DNA of 32,000 nucleotides from Clostridia bacterium (GTDB lineage: Bacteria > Bacillota > Clostridia > Christensenellales > Aristaeellaceae): contig JAFQKQ010000005.1 in the NCBI GenBank assembly GCA_017396845.1, positions 14,154 to 46,153 on the forward strand. The letters run 5' to 3'. The notes below the pieces were generated by a model. It was given only the letters and a program-made list of their open reading frames with translations, did not search any database and was not told the DNA's origin. Positions 24,115 through 32,000 of this stretch are shown in pieces. The translations under genes were made by a program, and so were the position numbers. The stretch's first letter is position 1; the number at the start of each line of letters is the position of its first letter.

Positions 24115-26082
24115 ATGGCGAAGGATTACAAGGCAAAAGATATTCAGATTCTCGAAGGGCTGGACGCCGTGCGCATGCGCCCGGGCATGTATATCGGCTA
24201 TACCGGCACGAGAGGTATTCATCTTTTGGTCTGGGAGATCGTGGATAACGCGATCGACGAGGCTTCAAACGGATATGCAAATGAAATCACGGTGACGCTC
24301 AAAAAGGACGGTTCGTGCGAGGTTACGGACAATGGGCGCGGCATTCCCGTGGATATACATCCCCAGCTCGGTGTTTCGGCGGTCGAGGTGGTTTATACGC
24401 AGCTGCACGCAGGCGGTAAATTTGACGATAAAAACTATGCGTACTCCGGCGGTCTGCACGGCGTGGGCGCGTCGGTTGTAAATGCGCTCTCCGAGTGGTG
24501 CCAGGTGGATGTATTTCAGGATTTTTCGCATTATCAGATCAAATTTGCGTCTGTAGAGGATCCTAAAACCAAGAAAATTACAGCGGGCAAGCCGCTTGCG
24601 CCGCTTGCAAAGATCAGCAATACCCGAAAACGCGGCTCTACCATCACCTTTAAGCCCGACCCGCGCGTGTTTGAAGACGTGGATTTTCAGGGAGACGTCG
24701 TTCGCCGCCGCCTGCGCGACCTTGCATACCTGAACGCGGGCGTGAAGTTTGTGTTCACGGACGAAAGAATAAAGGACGAGGAAAAAAGACGCAGGGAATA
24801 CCTGTTTGAAGGCGGACTGAAGGATTTTCTTAAGTACCTGAACGCGGATAAAAACGCCATTACGGAGCCTATATTGTTTGAAGGAGAATCAAGCGGCATC
24901 CGCATCCGCGCGGCGATACAGTATACCGATTCTTATTCCGAAAGCCTGTTTTCTTTTGTAAACAATATTCCGACGGCCGAGGGCGGAACGCATGAAACCG
25001 GCTTTAAAGCTGCCATCACCCGCGTATTCAACGATTACGCTCGCAAAATCGGCGTATTAAAGGAAAAGGATAACAACCTTTCCGGAGATGATTTCAGAGA
25101 GGGCATGACGGCGGTATTGTCCGTAAACGTAAAGAATCCGCAGTTTGAGGGACAGACGAAGGGCAGACTCGGAAATACGGAGGTTCGTCCCGTGGTCGAG
25201 TCGTTCTCTGCGGAGAAGCTTGCGATCTATCTGGAGGATCTCAAACATCAGGAGGCTGCGCAGCTGATTCTCGATAAGGCCGTGAAGGCGGCAAAGGTGC
25301 GAGAGGCCGCAAGGAAGGCAAGGGATGTGGCGAGGCAGAAAAACGAGCTGGAGGCCGCGCCGCTGGTAGGCAAGCTTTCCTCCTGCACGGGGCGCGACGC
25401 GAAGGTGAACGAATTGTTTATCGTAGAAGGCGACTCCGCCGGCGGCAGCGCCAAGCAGGGCAGAGACCGCCGCTTCCAGGCGATTCTGCCGCTTCGCGGA
25501 AAGCCGCTCAACGCCGAGAAGAAGAGGCTCGATCAGGTGTTGGCCAATGAAGAAATCCGCTCGATGATCACGGCGCTCGGAACCGGCATCGGCGAGGATT
25601 TCGATATCGGACACTTAAAATACAATAAAGTAATCATACTTTCAGACGCCGATCAGGACGGCGCGCACATCCGCGCGATACTCCTCACTTTCTTCTATCG
25701 CTATATGAAGGAGCTGATCACCGAGGGGCATGTGTATATCGGCATGCCGCCGCTTTACAAGGTGCAGAAGGGGCAGGAGGCCGTGTACTGCTATGACGAT
25801 AAGGAACTGACGAGCGCGCTTAAAAAGATCGGCAAGGGCTATACACTTCAAAGGTATAAAGGCCTTGGCGAAATGAACCCCGAGCAATTGTGGGAGACGA
25901 CCATGAACCCCAGCGGCAGAAAGCTTATGCAGGTGCTGATTGAGGATAATACCGAGGCTGAGAGAATGGTCACAGTGCTGATGGGCGATAAGGTGGAACC
26001 GCGAAAGGAGTATATCTTCCAATACGCGGATTTCAATAAAAAGGATGATTTCGAGCCGGTTACGGCGGAGGGGGGCAAATAA
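24115..26082 (+). CDS. parE: Type IIA DNA topoisomerase subunit B (GyrB/ParE family; ParE-like by the C-terminal AERMVTVLMGDKVEPRKEYI motif and by its partner)
   Basis: GHKL ATPase motifs (VWEIVDNAIDEA, DNGRGIPV, LHAGGKF, GGLHGVGASVVNALS), Toprim (EGDSAGGSAK, ILSDADQDGAHI) and RYKGLGEMNPEQLWETTM. The true start is ATG 24115 (MAKDYKAKDIQILEGL) with SD GGAGGA. The track ORF start at 23938 runs through the terminator and promoter. The subfamily call is tentative. Confidence 0.88.
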   Translation: MAKDYKAKDIQILEGLDAVRMRPGMYIGYTGTRGIHLLVWEIVDNAIDEASNGYANEITVTLKKDGSCEVTDNGRGIPVDIHPQLGVSAVEVVYTQLHAGGKFDDKNYAYSGGLHGVGASVVNALSEWCQVDVFQDFSHYQIKFASVEDPKTKKITAGKPLAPLAKISNTRKRGSTITFKPDPRVFEDVDFQGDVVRRRLRDLAYLNAGVKFVFTDERIKDEEKRRREYLFEGGLKDFLKYLNADKNAITEPILFEGESSGIRIRAAIQYTDSYSESLFSFVNNIPTAEGGTHETGFKAAITRVFNDYARKIGVLKEKDNNLSGDDFREGMTAVLSVNVKNPQFEGQTKGRLGNTEVRPVVESFSAEKLAIYLEDLKHQEAAQLILDKAVKAAKVREAARKARDVARQKNELEAAPLVGKLSSCTGRDAKVNELFIVEGDSAGGSAKQGRDRRFQAILPLRGKPLNAEKKRLDQVLANEEIRSMITALGTGIGEDFDIGHLKYNKVIILSDADQDGAHIRAILLTFFYRYMKELITEGHVYIGMPPLYKVQKGQEAVYCYDDKELTSALKKIGKGYTLQRYKGLGEMNPEQLWETTMNPSGRKLMQVLIEDNTEAERMVTVLMGDKVEPRKEYIFQYADFNKKDDFEPVTAEGGK

Positions 26083-26085
26083 GGC

Positions 26086-28527
26086 ATGGCGCGAAAGAAG
26101 ACGGGCGACAGCATGGATATCGTAAAGCCCGAGATTATTCTTCAAAGGACCATGGAGAGCGTGATGCATGCCTCCATGATGCCGTACTCCGAGCATGTAA
26201 TACTGGAAAGAGCGCTTCCGAGGGTAGAGGACGGACTGAAGCCCGTGCAAAGGCGCATACTGTATACCATGCAGGAATTGTCGCTTTCTCCCGATAAGCC
26301 GCACAGAAAGTGCGCGCGCATCGTCGGCGATTGCCTGGGTAAATATCATCCGCACGGCGATTCATCGGTGTACGGCGCGCTCGCCAGAATGGCGCAGGAT
26401 TTCGCACTGCGCGCGCCGCTGGTCGACGGCCATGGAAATTTCGGCTCCATCGATGGCGACAGCCCGGCTGCGATGCGATATACCGAGGCCAGAATGACGA
26501 ATCTTGCGATGGAAATGCTCAGGGATATCGATAAGGATACCGTGGGCTTTCATCTGAATTTCGATGACACGCAGAAGGAGCCGGATCTTTTGCCCGGAAG
26601 ATTTCCGAATCTTCTGGTGAACGGCGCAGACGGCATCGCCGTAGGCCTTGCCACCAACATTCCGCCGCACAATCTCGCGGAGACGATCAACGGCGTGATT
26701 GCGCAGCTGGATAACCCCGATATCACCACGCGCGAGCTTATGAAATATATCCCTGCGCCGGATTTCCCAACGGGCGGCGTGCTCGCGTGCACACAGGAGC
26801 TTTTGCAGGCCTATGAAACCGGCAGGGGAAAGGTGCAGCTGCGCGCGAAGATCGACATAGAGAGCGGAAACGCCGGAAGAAAGCTGATCGTGGTCACGGA
26901 GATGACCTACGGAAAGAACAAATCCGCCGTGCTTGAAAAGATACTTAAGCTGAGTGAGGAGAAAAAGGCGCTCTTCAGCGGCATATACGATATCCGCGAC
27001 GAATCCGACCGAACGGGTATGCGGGCAGTCATTGAGCTGAAAAAGGATGCGGACGCAGACAGAACGCTGGCGGCGCTTTACAAATACAGCGAGCTTCAGG
27101 ACACGGTCGGCATCAATATGGTGGCGATTGCGGACGGAAAGCCCATGCAGATGGGACTGAAAGCGATACTGGGGCATTATATCCGCCACCAGAAGGAAGT
27201 CGTAACCCGAAGAACGAAGTACGATCTTGAACAGGCGCTTGCAAGGGCGCATATCCTGGAAGGCCTGATCATCGCGGTTGACAATCTGGATGAGGTAATC
27301 CGTTTAATCCGCTCGAGCAAAAATCCCAAGGAGGCCAGAGAAAAGCTGGTCGCAAGATTTTCGCTTACCGAAATTCAGGCGCAGGCAATTCTTGATATGC
27401 GCCTTCAGAGGCTTACCAACCTTGAAATCCTGTCGCTTCGAAACGAGCATCAGGAAATCCTGAAAAAGATCAAAATGCTGGAAGGAATTTTGAAAAGCGA
27501 GAAGAAATTAATAGGCGTAATCAAAAACGAGCTTACCGAAATCAAAGAAAAGTATGCGGACGAGCGCCGCACGAAGCTGGTCGAAGCGTTTGACGAGGTG
27601 GAGATCGCGCCCGAAAAGCCGGTGGCGGACGAAGCGGTTGTGTATATGACGGCAGGCGGCTTTGTAAAGCGCATGCCGCCCAAGGCATACGACAAGGCGC
27701 TTCAGGCCGGCGAAATTGCAGATCCGCCGAAGCATCTGTTCCGCTGTGAAACGGAAGACAGGCTGCTCTTTTTTACGGACCTTGGAAACTGCTTTCCCAT
27801 TACCGTGTCTCAGGTACCCGAATGCCGCGTAAAGGATCGCGGACTTCCGCTGGGCGGCTTGCTGGCGGGGCTTGAAAAGGGCGAGAACGCTGTTTCAATC
27901 CTTTTGTTTGCGCCGGGCGCGTTTACGGGCGAGATTCTGTTTGTGTCGAAATACGGGCTTGTCAAGCGCGTGGACGCCCGCGAGTACGATATCAACCGCG
28001 CAAAATTTGCAGGAACCGGCCTGAAAGCGGGCGACAGCCTGAAATATGCGGCGCGACTGAACGGCGAAGCGAATCTTCTTATGATTTCAAAGCTCGGTAT
28101 GTCGATTCACTACCGCATGAACGAAATTTCTTTAATCGGAAGAACCGCAGCGGGCGTAAAGGGCATGACGCTTCAGCCGGACGATGAAATCGCGTTCGCA
28201 CTTCCCAACGACGAAGAGGGCGAAGCGGTGCTCGTCAGTGACAAGGGATATATGAAGCGCTGCCTCTTAATCGATTTCGATCTGCAGTCCCGCGCCGGAA
28301 AGGGCGTAAAGTGCTTTAACTTCCAGAAAAACGGCGCAAACGGGCAGGCGGTCGTCTCCGCGTTCATCGTAAAGCAGCCCTTTGATTTCACCATTCGTCA
28401 GAAATCCGGTGAAAAGCTTACGCTGAATACGTCGATCATCAAGATCGAACGCAAGGACAGCAGAGGATCAATGTACGCAATGTGCGTACTGGATGATATT
28501 GTTGAAAGCGTGAACACAATACAGTAA
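26086..28527 (+). CDS. parC: Type IIA DNA topoisomerase subunit A (GyrA/ParC family; no GyrA box, so ParC-like)
   Basis: [21 protein letters not shown] and [21 protein letters not shown] (the active-site Tyr region). 813 aa. Where GyrA carries QRRGGKG at the start of the C-terminal domain, this protein has [14 protein letters not shown]. The subfamily call is tentative. Confidence 0.88.
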   Translation: MARKKTGDSMDIVKPEIILQRTMESVMHASMMPYSEHVILERALPRVEDGLKPVQRRILYTMQELSLSPDKPHRKCARIVGDCLGKYHPHGDSSVYGALARMAQDFALRAPLVDGHGNFGSIDGDSPAAMRYTEARMTNLAMEMLRDIDKDTVGFHLNFDDTQKEPDLLPGRFPNLLVNGADGIAVGLATNIPPHNLAETINGVIAQLDNPDITTRELMKYIPAPDFPTGGVLACTQELLQAYETGRGKVQLRAKIDIESGNAGRKLIVVTEMTYGKNKSAVLEKILKLSEEKKALFSGIYDIRDESDRTGMRAVIELKKDADADRTLAALYKYSELQDTVGINMVAIADGKPMQMGLKAILGHYIRHQKEVVTRRTKYDLEQALARAHILEGLIIAVDNLDEVIRLIRSSKNPKEAREKLVARFSLTEIQAQAILDMRLQRLTNLEILSLRNEHQEILKKIKMLEGILKSEKKLIGVIKNELTEIKEKYADERRTKLVEAFDEVEIAPEKPVADEAVVYMTAGGFVKRMPPKAYDKALQAGEIADPPKHLFRCETEDRLLFFTDLGNCFPITVSQVPECRVKDRGLPLGGLLAGLEKGENAVSILLFAPGAFTGEILFVSKYGLVKRVDAREYDINRAKFAGTGLKAGDSLKYAARLNGEANLLMISKLGMSIHYRMNEISLIGRTAAGVKGMTLQPDDEIAFALPNDEEGEAVLVSDKGYMKRCLLIDFDLQSRAGKGVKCFNFQKNGANGQAVVSAFIVKQPFDFTIRQKSGEKLTLNTSIIKIERKDSRGSMYAMCVLDDIVESVNTIQ

Positions 28528-28542
28528 AAGGGGGAAACACAA

Positions 28543-29268
28543 ATGGATTATGGTATTCAGATGTACTCCGTAAGAGACATTACCGCAAACGATCTCGAAG
28601 GCGCGCTTCGTCAGGTTTCTGAACTCGGCTATAAGTACGTGGAATTCGCAGGCTTTTTCGGAAACAGCGCTGAAACGGTGAAGGGCTGGATGGATAAATA
28701 CGGCCTTCAGGTTTCCGGAACGCATACGGGTCTGCGCGAGCTGGATGAAGATCTGGAAGGCGTGATTGCCTATCACAAAACCATCGGCAACAAAAATATC
28801 ATCATCCCCGGCCACGATCTCAGCAGTCAGGATAAGCTGGATGAATTCATCGAAAAGGTGAACCGCTATCAGCCGATTCTGAAGGAGCACGGAATTTCCC
28901 TCGGCTATCACAACCATTCCCACGAATTCCTGCCCAATGCCGACGGCAGCCAGATTGAGGATCAGCTGATCTACAGAACCAACCTCGATATCGAAATCGA
29001 TACCTACTGGTTCTTTAACGCCACCAAGCTCTCCGCCGTTCCCATGATGGAGCGCGTAAAGGATAGGCTCAAGGTCATCCATATCAAGGACGGCACCAAG
29101 GACGGCAAGGGTACCCCGCTGGGACTTGGCGAAGCTCCCGTCCGCGAAGTGTATGACAAGGCCAGGGAAATGGGTGTTTTGATGGTAGTGGAAAGTGAAA
29201 CCCTCACGCCCGACGGCATGACGGAAGCCAAGATCTGCATCGAGTATCTGAAAGCGCAGGAAGCGTAA
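28543..29268 (+). CDS. Sugar phosphate isomerase/epimerase (xylose isomerase-like TIM barrel)
   Basis: 241 aa. MDYGIQMYSVRD...LGYKYVEFAGFFG and the HNHSHEF metal-site region are typical of this family. SD AAGGGGGA. Confidence 0.75.
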   Translation: MDYGIQMYSVRDITANDLEGALRQVSELGYKYVEFAGFFGNSAETVKGWMDKYGLQVSGTHTGLRELDEDLEGVIAYHKTIGNKNIIIPGHDLSSQDKLDEFIEKVNRYQPILKEHGISLGYHNHSHEFLPNADGSQIEDQLIYRTNLDIEIDTYWFFNATKLSAVPMMERVKDRLKVIHIKDGTKDGKGTPLGLGEAPVREVYDKAREMGVLMVVESETLTPDGMTEAKICIEYLKAQEA

Positions 29269-29340
29269 ATAAAAAAACGCCTTTGCACGAAAAAATCCTT
29301 CGCGCTGAGAGCGGTTCAATAAAACAGTATAATTCGTTTT

Positions 29341-29380
29341 CGGAAAAGCAGCATGAGCGATCATACCGCTTTTCCGTTTA
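29341..29380 (+). terminator. Probable terminator of the isomerase gene
   Basis: CGGAAAAGC (29341-29349) pairs with GCTTTTCCG (29368-29376), followed by TTTATAA. The U-tract is weak. Confidence 0.5.
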
Positions 29381-29480
29381 TAACGTCGTAGTATTTCACA
29401 TGATTACAAAAGATACAACGAGTTTTGGAAACATGACTACACTTTTTTACAGAGAATAAAGTGTTTTGCCTTCGGATATT

Positions 29481-29526
29481 TCAAAAAGCAGACCCGGATC
29501 ACCCTAAAGGCAGTCCGGGTCTGCTT
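29481..29526 (-). terminator. Rho-independent terminator (minus strand) about 140 nt downstream of the Sir2 gene
   Basis: A 13-bp stem AAGCAGACCCGGA / TCCGGGTCTGCTT, followed on the minus strand by TTTTTGA. Confidence 0.7.
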
Positions 29527-29668
29527 ATCCTATTATTCCTCCATGACTTCCAATATCATTCCGGCGTCCGGCTTTAAGCCATTCTGAAAGATAAAACAGT
29601 CTAAATTAGTTTGCTGCTCTCGCATACAATCGGTGTATTTCTTAAACAGTCTCCCTTCATTAGCCTCA

Positions 29669-30379
29669 TCAGCCAATCTCAATCTCCCCAAGCACCTTTC
29701 CAACCGGTTCCCGAATAATGAGATCCGCCATGTGGTCGGCAGGAGTAGGGTCCCGGTTGATAAGCACCAGATGCTTTCCGGTAAAATAATCCAGAAAACC
29801 CGCGGCGGGATATACGGTGAGGCTTGTGCCGGCTACAATCATGGTATCGGCGTCTGAAATGGCGCGAAGCGCGCCGCGAATGGTCGCGTCGTCCAGGCCT
29901 TCCTGATACAGTACTACGTCGGGCTTTACAACGCCGCCGCATTCGCATTTGGGTACGCCTGCGGACTTCATGATGAATTCCGATGAATGGAATTTCCCGC
30001 ACTCCATGCAGTAGTTCCTGTGAACGCTTCCGTGAAGCTCGAATACGCGCACACTGCCTGCCATCTGGTGAAGGCCGTCGATGTTCTGGGTCACAATGCC
30101 CGTAAGCTTTCCGGCCTTTTCAATCTCAACAAGCTTCAGATGCGCGTTGTTCGGCTTTGCTTCGGGATACAGCATTTTATCCCTGTAGAAATCGAAAAAT
30201 TCCGCCGGGCGCGTTTCGAAAAACGAACGGCTCAGAATCGTCTCCGGGGGATAGGCGTATTTCTGGTTGTAAAGCCCGTCCGTGCTTCTGAAATCCGGGA
30301 TATTGGACTCGGTACTTACGCCCGCGCCGCCAAAGAAAACAATGCGCCGGGCTGAGTTTATAATCTGCTGAAGCGTCAT
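29669..30379 (-). CDS. cobB: NAD-dependent protein deacylase (Sir2/CobB family)
   Basis: FFGGAGVSTESNIPDFRS.DGLY, TQNIDGLH and a Zn ribbon CxxC...CxC(GG). The track starts at GTG 30391. ATG 30379 (MTLQQIINS) is preferred. Confidence 0.9.
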   Translation of the reverse strand: MTLQQIINSARRIVFFGGAGVSTESNIPDFRSTDGLYNQKYAYPPETILSRSFFETRPAEFFDFYRDKMLYPEAKPNNAHLKLVEIEKAGKLTGIVTQNIDGLHQMAGSVRVFELHGSVHRNYCMECGKFHSSEFIMKSAGVPKCECGGVVKPDVVLYQEGLDDATIRGALRAISDADTMIVAGTSLTVYPAAGFLDYFTGKHLVLINRDPTPADHMADLIIREPVGKVLGEIEIG

Positions 30380-30417
30380 GTTTATTCCCACTCTTTCATA
30401 TAGGTATTTATGAACTC

Positions 30418-30446
30418 ATGATATCACCGGTGTACGAAAAAGTCAA
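30418..30446 (-). promoter_or_regulatory. Candidate sigma-A promoter for the Sir2 gene
   Basis: On the minus strand: TTGACT (30441-30446), 17-nt spacer, TATCAT (30418-30423). Confidence 0.5.
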
Positions 30447-30457
30447 ATTCAGAAAAA

Positions 30458-30472
30458 TGAGAATTATTCTCA
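30458..30472. promoter_or_regulatory. Perfect 7-1-7 palindrome TGAGAATtATTCTCA: candidate Fur-family (PerR-like) operator 1
   Basis: A perfect inverted repeat lying between the divergent -35 elements of the Sir2 and perR-like promoters. It differs from the classical Fur box TGATAATnATTATCA by one symmetric substitution. Confidence 0.6.
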
Positions 30473-30491
30473 AAAAATTTCGAAAAACCTA

Positions 30492-30520
30492 TTGACAAGC
30501 CGCCTTCCATCGTGTATAAT
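30492..30520 (+). promoter_or_regulatory. Consensus sigma-A promoter for the perR-like / rubrerythrin operon
   Basis: TTGACA (30492-30497), 17-nt spacer, TATAAT (30515-30520). Confidence 0.65.
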
Positions 30521-30531
30521 GTAATTGAAAT

Positions 30532-30546
30532 TGAGAGTCATTCTCA
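30532..30546. promoter_or_regulatory. Near-perfect 7-1-7 palindrome TGAGAGTcATTCTCA: candidate Fur-family operator 2
   Basis: One mismatch relative to box 1. It sits just downstream of the -10, at about +5 to +20, a position typical of repression. Confidence 0.55.
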
Positions 30547-30570
30547 AATAAAATAAAAACGGGAGGCACT

Positions 30571-30963
30571 ATGACGAAGCAACAGCAAGTGATACTCCGC
30601 CTGGTTCAAACCTCCTGCGCGCACTGTTCCGCAGATGAGATATACCGCGCGGCGAAGAGCGAAATGCCCGGAATCGGACTTGCGACGGTATACCGCAATC
30701 TGAATCAATTATCCGAGGAGGGAAAGATTCGAAAGATTGAAACCGTCGGAGAAACGGATCGGTTTGATAAAACGCTGAACCAGCATGAGCACGCCGTATG
30801 CCGGATGTGCGGGAGCATGAGGGATATTAACGTAGAGAACATCGCAGAGGAAATCAAAAAGGGACTCGAGGGCATGGAATTTACGTATGAACTCAGCGTT
30901 CACGAATTGTGCAAGGAATGTCGAGCCAAAATAGAAAAACAGCAAGCAGAAATCGGAGCATAG
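30571..30963 (+). CDS. Fur family transcriptional regulator, probably a peroxide-responsive PerR-like repressor
   Basis: 130 aa. Winged-helix region (ATVYRNLNQLSEEGKI), an HEH motif and two CxxC pairs (CRMCG, CKECR). The context, directly upstream of two rubrerythrins, suggests PerR function. SD GGGAGG. Confidence 0.85.
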   Translation: MTKQQQVILRLVQTSCAHCSADEIYRAAKSEMPGIGLATVYRNLNQLSEEGKIRKIETVGETDRFDKTLNQHEHAVCRMCGSMRDINVENIAEEIKKGLEGMEFTYELSVHELCKECRAKIEKQQAEIGA

Positions 30964-30989
30964 AGAAAGAATTTTAGGAGGTATGAATC

Positions 30990-31529
30990 ATGGAACTTAA
31001 GGGAAGCAGAACTGAAGCGAATCTGATGGCGGCATTTGCGGGCGAGAGCCAGGCAAGAAATAAGTACACCTACTACGCATCCAAGGCCAAGAAGGACGGC
31101 TACGAGCAGATTGCAGCCCTGTTCCTTGAGACCGCTGAAAACGAGAAAGAGCATGCCAAGATCTGGTTCAAGCTCCTGCACGACGGCTCCATCCCCGGAA
31201 CCGAGTGGAACCTTGAAGATGCGGCAGCCGGCGAAAACTACGAATGGACCGACATGTATGCAACCTTTGCCAAGGAAGCCAAGGAAGAGGGCTTCGACCA
31301 CATCGCGTTCCTCTTCTCCGAGGTCGCCAAGATCGAGAAGGAACACGAGGAACGATATCTTAAGCTTCTCGAAAACGTAAAGGGCAAGGTGGTATTCTCC
31401 AAGGATGAAGACGCCATCTGGAAGTGCCGCAACTGCGGACACATCGTAGTAGGCAAGGAAGCCCCCGAACTCTGCCCCGTATGCGCCCATCCCCGGAGCT
31501 ACTTCGAGCTCAAGGCCGAAAACTATTAA
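30990..31529 (+). CDS. rbr: Rubrerythrin (N-terminal ferritin-like diiron domain + C-terminal rubredoxin-like domain)
   Basis: [30 protein letters not shown], two ExxH diiron motifs (EKEH) and the C-terminal CRNCG...CPVC. 179 aa. SD AGGAGG. Confidence 0.93.
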   Translation: MELKGSRTEANLMAAFAGESQARNKYTYYASKAKKDGYEQIAALFLETAENEKEHAKIWFKLLHDGSIPGTEWNLEDAAAGENYEWTDMYATFAKEAKEEGFDHIAFLFSEVAKIEKEHEERYLKLLENVKGKVVFSKDEDAIWKCRNCGHIVVGKEAPELCPVCAHPRSYFELKAENY

Positions 31530-31592
31530 TCGATTACCCGATATAATAACCTTCATATAAAAAATACAGATAAGAAAAAGGAGATTGGAATC

Positions 31593-32000
31593 ATGAAAAA
31601 GTGGAAGTGCACCGTTTGCGGAGAAATCGTAGTATCTGAAGAGCGCCCGGAGAAGTGCCCCCTGTGCAAGCAGCCCGGCGAGAAGTTCGTAGAAGTAGTT
31701 GAAGAAGCAGGCATGACCTGGGCCGCCGAGCATATCGTAGGCGTAGCCAAGGATGCTCCCGAAGAGATCAAGGAAGGCCTCCGCGCCAACTTCATGGGCG
31801 AATGCACCGAAGTAGGCATGTACCTCGCCATGGCCCGCGTAGCCCATAGAGAAGGCTACCCCGAGATCGGCCTGTACTGGGAAAAGGCCGCCTTCGAAGA
31901 GGCCGAGCACGCCGCCAAGTTCGCAGAACTCCTGGGCGAAGTAGTCTCCGACTCCACCAAGCAGAACCTCACCGTCCGCGTAGAAGCCGAGAACGGCGCC
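31593..32000 (+). CDS. Reverse rubrerythrin (N-terminal rubredoxin-like CxxC..CxxC, C-terminal ferritin-like domain), truncated by the window end
   Basis: Not in the supplied ORF track because there is no stop before base 32000. My own translation from ATG 31593 (SD AAGGAGA) gives [35 protein letters not shown]...[51 protein letters not shown]..., open for 136 codons to the end of the window. Confidence 0.85.
   Translation, partial: MKKWKCTVCGEIVVSEERPEKCPLCKQPGEKFVEVVEEAGMTWAAEHIVGVAKDAPEEIKEGLRANFMGECTEVGMYLAMARVAHREGYPEIGLYWEKAAFEEAEHAAKFAELLGEVVSDSTKQNLTVRVEAENGA

Noticed and set aside
25642-27252. Minus-strand ORFs of 237 aa and 296 aa
   Set aside because: They are antisense to the topoisomerase subunit genes. 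Shadow ORFs.
24115-28527. Annotating the topoisomerase pair as gyrB/gyrA because recF is in the same window
   Set aside because: recF is 19 kb away in a different operon. Subunit A lacks the GyrA box, and both subunits carry ParE/ParC-like signature residues. I keep the family-level call and a tentative parEC label.
28468-29364. 298-aa minus-strand ORF
   Set aside because: It is antisense to the sugar isomerase gene and extends across its terminator. No SD or motifs.
30900-31910. 336-aa minus-strand ORF, the longest listed ORF in the last kilobase
   Set aside because: It is antisense to rubrerythrin and reverse rubrerythrin. Both have strong SDs and diagnostic diiron/rubredoxin motifs on the plus strand. 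The minus-strand ORF is low-complexity Gly/Leu/Phe/Ala sequence.
1-32000. Search for CRISPR arrays, tRNA/rRNA genes, IS elements, integrases, toxin-antitoxin pairs or known defence-system genes
   Set aside because: I found no direct-repeat/spacer arrays, no cloverleaf-like sequences in any intergenic region, and no transposase, recombinase or nuclease/ATPase defence signatures in any credible ORF. The intergenic regions are all accounted for by promoters, terminators, the T-box and the operator sites.

Overview
This is a 32-kb chromosomal segment from a moderately GC-rich Firmicute. It looks Clostridia-like: GGAGG Shine-Dalgarno sites, a T-box leader on thrS, a DUF3794/LysM SipL-like protein, and rubrerythrin plus reverse rubrerythrin. 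Nearly all of it is tightly packed core genes. In order: a GpsA-like 3' fragment; prfC-typA-recF plus a secreted protein; a 4xSH3b/NlpC-P60-like wall protein; thrS (minus strand) with promoter and T-box; a small glycan block (GH35 beta-galactosidase + MBL hydrolase on the minus strand, GH32 + MATE on the plus strand); azlCD; an M20D amidohydrolase; a Cys-rich small gene divergent from an XRE-S24 repressor; an AI-2E transporter; the SipL-like protein; proBA; a type IIA topoisomerase pair that looks ParE/ParC-like; a TIM-barrel sugar isomerase; a Sir2 deacylase; and a Fur/PerR-like regulator with rubrerythrin and a reverse rubrerythrin that runs off the window end. I found no rRNA, tRNA, CRISPR array, transposase/integrase or recognisable defence system, and no convincing multi-gene novel system. 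The most system-like oddity is the AT-richer orphan switch module at 17.86-18.83 kb (XRE-S24 repressor + Cys-rich 79-aa protein). Other points worth a second look: an NlpC/P60 domain with both catalytic residues replaced, two Fur-box-variant palindromes bracketing the perR-like promoter, a 4-codon uORF ending in UGA-C ahead of prfC, and a possibly decayed gene in the 15.0-15.4 kb gap. Many long ORFs in the supplied track are antisense shadows of real genes. One real gene (reverse rubrerythrin, 31593 to the window end) is missing from the track.
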